DNA from: a virus
Direction: 5' to 3' (one strand)
Length of the DNA stretch: 64,000 nt
IMG/VR virus record: IMGVR_UViG_3300023179_006134
Span: 1-64,000 of that record
The translations under genes were made by a program, and so were the position numbers. Numbering within the stretch: position 1 is the stretch's first letter; every line of letters begins with the position of its first letter. The notes below the pieces were generated by a model. It searched no databases and was not told where the DNA came from. It worked only from the letters and a program-made list of their open reading frames with translations. Below are positions 29,228 to 38,100 of the stretch, one piece after another.

Positions 29228-29392
29228 TCAATAAGTTACACACCTGAAGGCACGGACACAGAGAGTGGCAACCCTACCGTTGGTGCTGCAGTGGCCAGCA
29301 TGGAAGTCCACGAATTTAGCGATGTGCGCATTATGGCCCGGTGTACTACTCCAGTAGCGAGCGATGCTGCAGGCGTGAGTGCCACAGGAGTA
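29228..29392 (-). mobile_element. Putative DGR variable repeat (VR)
   Basis: 45 of the last 54 codons end in C/T and 27 in C, in an AT-rich genome; consistent with A-mutagenised AAC/AAT template codons. Confidence 0.65.
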
Positions 29393-30175
29393 GCAGGGTG
29401 ATGGACCCCAGAAGGACCTACAGACGTATCCTGGGTTCTGGAGTTGTGATAATGTTGGTATAAACCATCCGGTGCATCCTGATACTTGTTGTGCTCTGGT
29501 ACTAGCATCCCCTCGGTTGTACCAGTTTCTTGAGACTTCTGCACTATAAGGGGACACAATCCATCTCAATGGTGATGCCTTACAAATAAGAAATCCTCCT
29601 TCATATGGGTTACCTACATTTGGTGCTATTGTAGTAAAACTATAAGTATTAGCACCAGTGGTGTTAAGTCCAACAAAATCTCCAGAAGTTGATTTTATCA
29701 AACCACTTGGAATAACTGTAAATATGGTTGAACCATAAGAAATATTTGATGTTGGGACTATAGTAAGAACTCTTAAATTGGTCAGAGAAGTTTTTAATTG
29801 ATCAACACCAAAAGTATCAATTCCAGAACCTCCTGCACTCCCAGTCCGTAAAGTAAGAAATCCGGTTGTTGCGATACCAACTGCCTGACTAAAAGTTATT
29901 ACTATTGATGTGTTGACTGCAACTGATGTTGCTCCGTTAACAGGAGAAAACGAAACAATAGTTGCAGGAATATCGAATCCTGCAGCAGTCAATGTTCCTG
30001 CAATTGAAATATTTCCAGGAATTCCTTGCATTGTAATTCCTGTTCCAACACTCATAATTCCGGTCAGACCATTAATTGTAATTGTAGAGTTTCCAGATCC
30101 TACTGTTGCAATGCCAGCCGCAGAAATGTTACGACTATCATCAATTGCAGTTACATTGTTTACTTTTATTGCCAT
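29228..30175 (-). CDS. Fibre-type protein with Ig-like domain and C-terminal C-type-lectin (DUF1566/Lcl-like) domain; putative DGR target
   Basis: SFSP.NGAT.V.VNT.I.ITFS (Ig-like); GW.IPT..QL...YWSST...V.F..G.....VRA.R (CLec/DUF1566-like); GC-rich NNC/NNT-biased 3' end. Confidence 0.75.
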   Translation of the reverse strand: MAIKVNNVTAIDDSRNISAAGIATVGSGNSTITINGLTGIMSVGTGITMQGIPGNISIAGTLTAAGFDIPATIVSFSPVNGATSVAVNTSIVITFSQAVGIATTGFLTLRTGSAGGSGIDTFGVDQLKTSLTNLRVLTIVPTSNISYGSTIFTVIPSGLIKSTSGDFVGLNTTGANTYSFTTIAPNVGNPYEGGFLICKASPLRWIVSPYSAEVSRNWYNRGDASTRAQQVSGCTGWFIPTLSQLQNPGYVCRSFWGPSPCYSCGTHACSIARYWSSTPGHNAHIAKFVDFHAGHCSTNGRVATLCVRAFRCVTY

Positions 30176-30180
30176 GATTT

Positions 30181-30861
30181 TTAAAAATTAATGTTTACTT
30201 TTTTAAATGTGCGAACTAGATGAGAATATTTTTTACTCAAAACAACAGGAAAATTAGCATTATTATTTATAACATAAGAATTATTAATATCAATTTCTGT
30301 GTTTGTCCAATATAATTCATCATTTTTCAAATATTTTTTATAAAACTGCATTTCATAATAATCAGGAATATACCAACCAGAAGTTCCAGTATCTTCTTCT
30401 GTTTTTTGAATTGCCTTATCAAATTCATACCAAGTCAATAACATCTCACTTTTTTCGGGAGAAATGACTACATACCAACTATTCTCTTTTGAAATTACAA
30501 TTCCACCTTCTAATGATTTTCCAATTGGATCTTCAGTTACAAACTTAAATTCTTTATCTCCATTCATAGAAAAACCAGAAAAAGAAGAACCATTAATTTT
30601 AGAAATTATAAACCCATCACTCATCAACATATAAATTTCAGTTTCATATGGAAATGGATTTGTTGGTTGTATAATAATTTCCCATGCACTTATGATTATT
30701 TTATCACTTAAAATATCAAAAGATTCAATAAGTTCTCCTGTCTTTGAATTTTTTCTTAATTCAATTGTTCCAGAAGAACCAAATTTAATTTCTTGATTGG
30801 AAACTAAAACAATTGGAGAAAAAACTGGTGCTTGATTTGATCCGTTAAATATTTTTTCCAT
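30181..30861 (-). CDS. Diverged Ig-like + CLec-like paralog of the DGR target (C-terminal part)
   Basis: G...EGG..I.K......SP..SE....WY...GWYIP...YWTNTE...VRTFK aligns with 29228..30175. Confidence 0.65.
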   Translation of the reverse strand: MEKIFNGSNQAPVFSPIVLVSNQEIKFGSSGTIELRKNSKTGELIESFDILSDKIIISAWEIIIQPTNPFPYETEIYMLMSDGFIISKINGSSFSGFSMNGDKEFKFVTEDPIGKSLEGGIVISKENSWYVVISPEKSEMLLTWYEFDKAIQKTEEDTGTSGWYIPDYYEMQFYKKYLKNDELYWTNTEIDINNSYVINNNANFPVVLSKKYSHLVRTFKKVNINF

Positions 30862-31089
30862 TTAACTTAATATTAAGGGAATTGAAAGTCCTGCAGCAGT
30901 AAATGTTCCTGCAATTGAAATATTTTTAATGCTACCAGTACCACTAAAAGTTATTCCAGTACCAATAGTAAAATTAGAATTGGGTATAATATTTACAATT
31001 GAAGACCCTGCACCAACAGTCATTACGCCAACATTAGAAAAATTTCTACTATCATCAATAACAGTAGTTCCTAAAACTTGAATTGCCAT
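30862..31089 (-). CDS. Paralog of the N-terminus of the DGR target
   Basis: MAI.V...T.IDDSRN.S..G..TVG.G.S...GTGIT...NISIAGT.TAAG..IP; same frame as 30181..30861, separated only by TAA. Confidence 0.65.
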   Translation of the reverse strand: MAIQVLGTTVIDDSRNFSNVGVMTVGAGSSIVNIIPNSNFTIGTGITFSGTGSIKNISIAGTFTAAGLSIPLILS

Positions 31090-31112
31090 ATTCGTTATTA
31101 CTCGGCTTTCTT

Positions 31113-32999
31113 TTATTTAGTATTCTTAAGCTCTTTTACTTCTTTCTTGAGTTCTTTGATTGCTTCTATCAATACTCCAATAATACCATTATAGTTGACT
31201 GATTTAACTTCACCTTGTTTTACGAGTTCTGGGAGTACTTCTTCCAGTTCTTGTGCAATCACACCATAAGAACTTCTACCAGTTTCTTTCCAGTCAAATG
31301 AAACACCACGAAGTTGTTCTGTGATTTCTAATGCATTTCCTATTGTATGAATATTCTCTTTGAGATTTATATCACTAGTGGAATTAAAATCAACTGCAGT
31401 CATAGTTCCTGTAGAAGGATTATATTTCAGTTTAGAGGTAGAAATACCTGATGCAGTAATAGTTCCTGATGTAGTTGCAGTAAAGAGGGGGAAGAACTCT
31501 TGATTTGTTGTAGTATTATCAAATACTGTAGAACCTGCGCCAGTTAATCCACTTCCATTACCAACAAAAGAGGTTGCAGTCACCACACCGGTTACAACAA
31601 CACCAGAAGGATTTACATTGAGTATTGATGAACCAACCGAAACCGCAGTAATATTTCCAGAACTCGGAGAGAAAAATCCAGTCTGAACATCACCAGCAAA
31701 ATGAATACTTGGAGCAGATGCCGAAGCAGGAGCAAATGCTGTAGATGTAATCACACCAACATTAAAGGGTGCGGCATCTACCCAGAATGCATCAGTACCA
31801 TATCCAACAACATTCTCATCATAATAGATGAAAGTTCTTCCATAATCTGGACTGTACCATAAGTCACCAGAACCGGGTAATAACGGTGCTGTGGTACTGA
31901 TACTGATTGAACCACCACCTCCACCACCCTCAAAGAAGATGGTTGCAATACCAGTGTTTGAGTTATATTGTGTTGTAGAAACCCCTGCACCTTTAAAATT
32001 AATAAAAGTAACTGCATACCCAACAACACCACCAGTAGTTCCAATACCAATACCCTTGTATGGACTATTGGATAAGTTTAGATATTGACCATCACCATAA
32101 TAAGTAACAATACCTGATGTTGCAGTAATAATACCAGAAGAAACCTTTACTGTTCCTAATGTACTGATACCAGTAACATTGAGATTGGTGCTCCTTAAAT
32201 TAGTACTATTAAAAGTCGTAATGGTTCCTGCAGTACCAGTCAGGTTTGTTATGGTTCCAGAAGTACTATTAAAAGTCGTAATGGTTCCTGAAGTACCAGT
32301 CAGGTTTGTTATGGTTCCTGATGTACTATTCAGGGTAGTAATCGTTCCTGCAGTGCCAGTCAGGTTTGTTATGGTTCCACTTGTAGAACCCAATGTGGTA
32401 ATGGTTCCCACACCAGCATTTACATTTCCACTAAATGTAGTTGCGGTAATAACACCAGTGATTCTTGCATCACCGACAACAAAGAGAGCAGATGTTGGAT
32501 TTGTGGACCCAATACCAAGATTACCAGAAACATAAGTTCCACCAGTGACTTGAAGTCTTTGTGATGCTGTTCCTGTAGAGGTACCAGAACCAATCAGTAC
32601 TGGTCCATTGGTGAATGTAGAGATTCCACCAACAGAAAGATTATTATAAACTGTAAAGTTAGTAACTGCGATTCCGGTTGCATTCAGTGTTGCAATCGTT
32701 GCAATACCAGTTACATTGAGATTGGTATTCGTTAGATTGGTAATATTACCGGTTACAATTGTACCAATACCAGTTACATTAAGATTTGTACTGGTAAGAT
32801 TGGTAACAATCCCAGTTGTAATCGTTGCAATACCAGAAACATAAAGGTCTGTTACACCGATTCCACCACTAACGTGAAGAGTGTATTGTGGATTTGTGGT
32901 ACCAATACCAACCTTGTCAGTTACAATATCGGCAAAAATGAGATTGGTATTGACCTCCAATCCATTTTTTATGACGAATGACTTATTTATTGCAGCCAT
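31113..32999 (-). CDS. Tail fibre with C-terminal S74-like chaperone domain
   Basis: 628 aa, SDINLKENI...GVIAQELEEVLPELV...VNYNGIIGVLIEAIKEL. Confidence 0.85.
   Translation of the reverse strand: MAAINKSFVIKNGLEVNTNLIFADIVTDKVGIGTTNPQYTLHVSGGIGVTDLYVSGIATITTGIVTNLTSTNLNVTGIGTIVTGNITNLTNTNLNVTGIATIATLNATGIAVTNFTVYNNLSVGGISTFTNGPVLIGSGTSTGTASQRLQVTGGTYVSGNLGIGSTNPTSALFVVGDARITGVITATTFSGNVNAGVGTITTLGSTSGTITNLTGTAGTITTLNSTSGTITNLTGTSGTITTFNSTSGTITNLTGTAGTITTFNSTNLRSTNLNVTGISTLGTVKVSSGIITATSGIVTYYGDGQYLNLSNSPYKGIGIGTTGGVVGYAVTFINFKGAGVSTTQYNSNTGIATIFFEGGGGGGSISISTTAPLLPGSGDLWYSPDYGRTFIYYDENVVGYGTDAFWVDAAPFNVGVITSTAFAPASASAPSIHFAGDVQTGFFSPSSGNITAVSVGSSILNVNPSGVVVTGVVTATSFVGNGSGLTGAGSTVFDNTTTNQEFFPLFTATTSGTITASGISTSKLKYNPSTGTMTAVDFNSTSDINLKENIHTIGNALEITEQLRGVSFDWKETGRSSYGVIAQELEEVLPELVKQGEVKSVNYNGIIGVLIEAIKELKKEVKELKNTK
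32202..32409. repeat. 60-bp (20-aa) tandem repeat, about 3.5 copies
   Basis: GTITNLTGT(A/S)GTITT(F/L)NSTS units, near-identical DNA. Confidence 0.85.
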
Positions 33000-33031
33000 T
33001 GGGTTTCACTCTCCACCCGTTGAATTTTAAG

Positions 33032-33038
33032 TATTTAT
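33032..33038 (-). promoter_or_regulatory. T4-type late promoter (ATAAATA)
   Basis: 32 nt upstream of the ATG at 32999. Confidence 0.6.
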
Positions 33039-35162
33039 CTATGTAACATTCCGAATAACGACTTTTGCATCTCCTGTACTTCCACCTTGTTGAGTGGATA
33101 CTACAGTCACAGAACCATCAGTATATCCACTTCCTCCACCTCCTCCACTACTATTTGTTCCACCATTACCACCAGTGGCACCAGAACCACCATTTCCACC
33201 ACCAAGCACTGTTTCTATAGAGAAATACCCACATTCATAAGGAATACTATAGGTATCATCATAATAAACTGAAAAATCTTCATATCCTGTTACACGGAAA
33301 ATAAATTCCCTAGCAAATGTTGGGAGTCCATTATCGTTTCTTTGGAAAAATAATTCCCAGATATTACTACTTTGTTGAATCAGAGAACTTACTGAGATTC
33401 CACCCGAAACTGTAGCACCTCCTGCTGCCAGTGAACCAACTGATATAACACTACCATTAGTGGGAGATTTAACCCTATCTATATAAATGCTATAAGATCT
33501 ATAGTTGATATTTGGAAAATTTCTTTGAATGGTAAAATATCCACTAACCTCTCCAGGATACGGAGAGGGTGGTTGTCTTACTTGATTCCAACTAACATTG
33601 GCAGTTGCCCCATCTGGTGAAGTATTGACAGTCACAACACCTGTGTCATATGTAACATTTCTAGTTTCGATTCTGTACCCACTATCACCACCAGTATCAT
33701 AACAAGTTCGTGAGACATAAGGACCTTGTTGAGTAAATTGTGCTTGACCCTTTCCCGCAGTTTGACGAATGTCATAACCAGACTTAAATCCTCTGGTAAT
33801 AGATGCAGAATTAGAGACTAATGTTCCATTTCCAAGATATATTTTACTTATACCAACATCAGAACACGGAGATTTTCCTTGAGATAACCAATAGTTTCCT
33901 TTAGGACAAGGTATTGTTCTTCCTCCTGTTTGTCCTGTTGCTTTTGTATCTGGACTAATTGGTGTTAAATTTGATGCAGATCCGAAAATGCCATTAGGGG
34001 GCAAAGTTCCTGCAGAAACAAATGATCCACCAGAACCAGCACCTCTGCCCCCCCCAGATGCCCCGACAACATTAATTCCACCACCAGCACCACCATTGCC
34101 CCCAGACGCAGCATCACCACCTCTGCCCACAACCGCAATCAAAGAACCTTTACGATAAATGAAGGGGCATTTATTTACAATATCTAATCCTGCAATCGTA
34201 TATTCTTCATTCTTTTTCATAGTAAATCTAATTCTAGAATATCCTCCTTGACCTCCGGTATATGACCCCGAATTTTGCCCCGCACCACCATAAATATCCA
34301 TTTCTAAATTGATATCTGACTCCGGAGCATATAAAGATATTAAACTTGTTCCACTAGTATTATATTGTGAAAGAATTGTCAATTCTCCCTGATTTAATAA
34401 ATCGTGTGAACTTAATTCTGCAGTCGATGATGTTGTATCATATTTTTCAATATTAATAAGTCTTCTTAATGGTATAACTCCAAAATCAACAACATTAGAA
34501 TATAACGGAGAATTAGATGCAATAGAATTGATGATTCTTACCTGTACTGTACTTACTCCAACTTGAGAAGAAGAAATATTTAAATTTGGTGTATTGGATC
34601 CACTTACTGTTGAACTATCAGTAAGATCAGCACCATTCAACGACCACTGATAGGAAACAGTTCCTTGAGAAGTATCAGAAGATGATGCAACAACATTAAA
34701 AACAGCATTTACATTTTCTACGGCAGTTGCTTCTATTGGTTGAGTTGTAATACTTAATACTGGAAATACTGTTAATATTCCAACATTTGAACTGAATGGT
34801 TCATTAATTGCATTACCAGTAGACCTTGCAGTACCGGCAGTAATAGGTGCTTGTCCATATGCAGATGGAACATAATCTGCTACTACATATATTTGACGAT
34901 TATGATCAGTTGGTGTAATTAAATTTGATAAAGTTAAAGTAGTTGTTGCTGCTCCTGTAACATATGTTCCATTAGAAATTGCTCCATTTTGATCGTACCA
35001 CTGATATGAGATACTTCCAGTTCCAGATGCTGTTGCAATCCCAGTAAAAGTTGCAGTTCCTCCTCCGGTTGATCCAATAATAACACCAGTAGATGCAACA
35101 CCAACAGGATTTTGAGTAAATGATAAAATAGGTCCGTTTAGATCTAAAGTTGTTTGTTTCAT
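33039..35162 (-). CDS. Adhesin-like structural protein: two Ig-like domains plus Gly-rich domain
   Basis: 707 aa. SYQW...GA.T.TL.L Ig motifs x2; GG.GG repeats ending GGGGGSGY...G.AKVVIR. Confidence 0.65.
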   Translation of the reverse strand: MKQTTLDLNGPILSFTQNPVGVASTGVIIGSTGGGTATFTGIATASGTGSISYQWYDQNGAISNGTYVTGAATTTLTLSNLITPTDHNRQIYVVADYVPSAYGQAPITAGTARSTGNAINEPFSSNVGILTVFPVLSITTQPIEATAVENVNAVFNVVASSSDTSQGTVSYQWSLNGADLTDSSTVSGSNTPNLNISSSQVGVSTVQVRIINSIASNSPLYSNVVDFGVIPLRRLINIEKYDTTSSTAELSSHDLLNQGELTILSQYNTSGTSLISLYAPESDINLEMDIYGGAGQNSGSYTGGQGGYSRIRFTMKKNEEYTIAGLDIVNKCPFIYRKGSLIAVVGRGGDAASGGNGGAGGGINVVGASGGGRGAGSGGSFVSAGTLPPNGIFGSASNLTPISPDTKATGQTGGRTIPCPKGNYWLSQGKSPCSDVGISKIYLGNGTLVSNSASITRGFKSGYDIRQTAGKGQAQFTQQGPYVSRTCYDTGGDSGYRIETRNVTYDTGVVTVNTSPDGATANVSWNQVRQPPSPYPGEVSGYFTIQRNFPNINYRSYSIYIDRVKSPTNGSVISVGSLAAGGATVSGGISVSSLIQQSSNIWELFFQRNDNGLPTFAREFIFRVTGYEDFSVYYDDTYSIPYECGYFSIETVLGGGNGGSGATGGNGGTNSSGGGGGSGYTDGSVTVVSTQQGGSTGDAKVVIRNVT

Positions 35163-35173
35163 TTTACTTTGTT

Positions 35174-38100
35174 TTAGTTAGCAAAGTTTTGACCGACAAC
35201 CACTCCATAAAGTCCTACACTGGTAATATTACTACCATCAAAAGTTTTAAATGTATAAATGTCAGAACGACTTGCTGTTGGAGTTACAATCGGAAGAACA
35301 CCACCACCAGGCCAATAAACAGGAATTGCAGTTCCGACAGAATTCCTAAACGTATCAATACCAACAGTGCGACTTCCCGTAGAATCCTGATCTATTTTAA
35401 TCGTAAATTCAGTGGATGCAGAGGGAGGATTGAGTAGATTAAACTGATCAATATTACTTGTTGCAGTACAAATAAATGACTGTGCCTTGGAAAGGTCTAT
35501 TGTTACCTGATTTGCAACAACCGATAAGTACTCTACATTTTCACTATAAGTCTTAAATCTTGTGTGACCTTCAATATCAAGTTTTGCTCTCGGTGACGTG
35601 GTTCCGATTCCGACAGAAGTAGAGTTTGTTGTAATTATGGTTCCACCAGTACCAACATTTAATGTTGTTGTAGTAATAATACCCGCACGAATATTACTTG
35701 ATGAACCATCTAATCGGAATGATGTAGAGGTCAACATTCCACCAACAACCACATTACCTGTAGTAACCAATCCAATAAATGTAGAAGTACCATTCACATA
35801 AAGTGAAGTTGATGAAGTTCCAATTGCACCAAGTTCTAAATTAAACCTTGGAACAGAAGTACCAATACCAACATTATTCAGTGCAGTGTTGTATATTCCT
35901 CCGGTAATATTAGTCCACCCTGCAGCAGAGATATTTACATTTGACAATAAACTTCCATCACCAGAGAAATAAGATGCAGTAATTGTTCCACCAATATTTG
36001 TATTTCCATTTACATTCAACTTAAAGGTATTTGCAGTCGTTCCAATTCCAACACCACCAGTTGCATTCACAGAGAAGAGTGAAGATCCTGCACCGATTAC
36101 AAGTCTAGAAGTTCCTGCACTGGTAGTTGCAATTCCGACACGATCAAAAATCATATGATTTTCGGTTTCAGAAATGCTTATATTTCCAAAACGATACCAA
36201 TCATTTTCTAAAGTATAAATCCAACCAACATATCCACCCCGATTTGGATCTGTATAGTATGCGATATCTCCAGGGTTTCCTGAAACTGTTGGTTGTGTGA
36301 CTCCAACAGTATATTTACGTGATACTGTTGCATCTCCTTGAAGGAAAATACTATTTGCCTCAATTCCATCAGGTGCATTTGAGGTAATCTTTTGATTAAA
36401 AATTACCGGACCATCAAATTCAGAGATGAGTTTTCCGTCTGTTCCACCTTCAACACGAATTGAACGAGAAACTGAAATTTCAAGAGGAGTCAGAGCATCA
36501 AATCCAATACTCACTGCAGATAAAATATCCTCTCCGGTCACAGTCGGAATCGGAGAGTCAAAAACCTGTTCTTGTCCTGTTGCAGAGTTTACTTTCTTAT
36601 TTCCCACATAAAATGCACCACGATCATTCATTCCTGTGAAGACAACCAGACCACCATCCACTTTGGTGGATTGAGAGAGTATTTCCTCTTGATCTGATAA
36701 AACTCTATCTTGACGATCTGGAAATGCCGTGGAATAGTTTCCTGGACCAAATCCAACATACTCAAAGGTATGTCCCGATGCACGAATAATAGAGTGTCTT
36801 CTTAATTCAATCGGACGAAGTTTGATTCTACGAACAACAGAACCATTATCGTGAGTAGATGCATTCGTTCCATAAACTCCTCTAAAAACATAAACAGGGT
36901 TTCCTGTGACTGTTGTTTTGATTCTCATTATTTCAGAATCAATCAGCAAATAATCTCCAATATTTAAGTCTAAACTGGTGATATTTTGTATATTAAAGTT
37001 ATCAACCGTTGCAGTGTTGATTGCAGAAGAAAGAGTTGTTGTAATTCCTGCATATTGTGGTTCTAATCTTCCGGCAATATTCTCATCTTCTGTAGTAACT
37101 GTTCCTCCTTGTGATCCAAATGCCTTAATATAGATTGTTTTTGTTCCTGTTGTGGCCGGAGATGTAGTTCCGATTCCAACAAAGGTTTCGAATTGAACCA
37201 GACTATTGACTTTTTTAACCAGAAAATCTGAATTAAAGAGAGAAGAGTTTGCTCCACCAATGGTAATTTTATTTCCGACCGATAATCCGTGATTTTGAAT
37301 CGTAGTAATCGTTGAGATTCCAGTTGTGTTATCATAAGTAAGTGTAGTAATATCAATTGATTTTCCTGCATTAATTGCTCGGGAATATGCAGTTACAGTA
37401 ACTCCAATTCCAGTCGTAGAGGCATTTCCAACTGCTGATGCAGATTCGACCTGAAGTTGTTTTATATTTCCGGTTGCAATACCAGTGATTTTATAGACAG
37501 TATTATAACCATTCAGAGTAGCAGGAACAACTCCGGCAACCGTGAGACATTCTCCAATATGATTATAAACACCGGTTACAGTCACATATCCTTGCACGAA
37601 TCCAGATGTTGTTGCGACTCCAACCACCGCAAGAGTATTTCCGATTCCATATGCAGAACCACCATCAATAATCTTAACCGCAGTAATGGATCCAGATGCA
37701 TTTACAGTGATTCTTGCAGTTGCATTTGCTCCTGTGGTCGATCCTGCAAATCCAACCAATCTTGCATTATAAAGATTTTCAACTCCACCAGATCCTACAC
37801 CATAAGCAAGACCGGCACTTGTAATACCAACAGATGTAATCGGATTAAATCCGTGATCGATTGCAGTATGAAATGTATGTGCAATTCCAGTACTGGAAGA
37901 TACAATATCTGTAAGTCCAACTCCTACACCAAAATCAATCAGACCTTTACTTAAACTTTCTTTTGTAATGCTACTTTGTGGATCATCAACAACAACCTGA
38001 CCGATTGGATTTGAGAGAGCAAATGATGTTGCTGCCTTTGGATCCGAAACTGGATTATCACGATTCAGTTGTGGATATAGATTTTGAATAGGTTGAGAGA

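Noticed and set aside
29236-29559. 107-aa alternative-frame ORF over the VR
   Set aside because: Open because the GC-rich VR lacks stops; TTG start and no motif.
30862-30864. Alternative genetic code (stop reassignment)
   Set aside because: Core genes are intact in the standard code and TAA, TAG and TGA all terminate genes; this is a single local stop.
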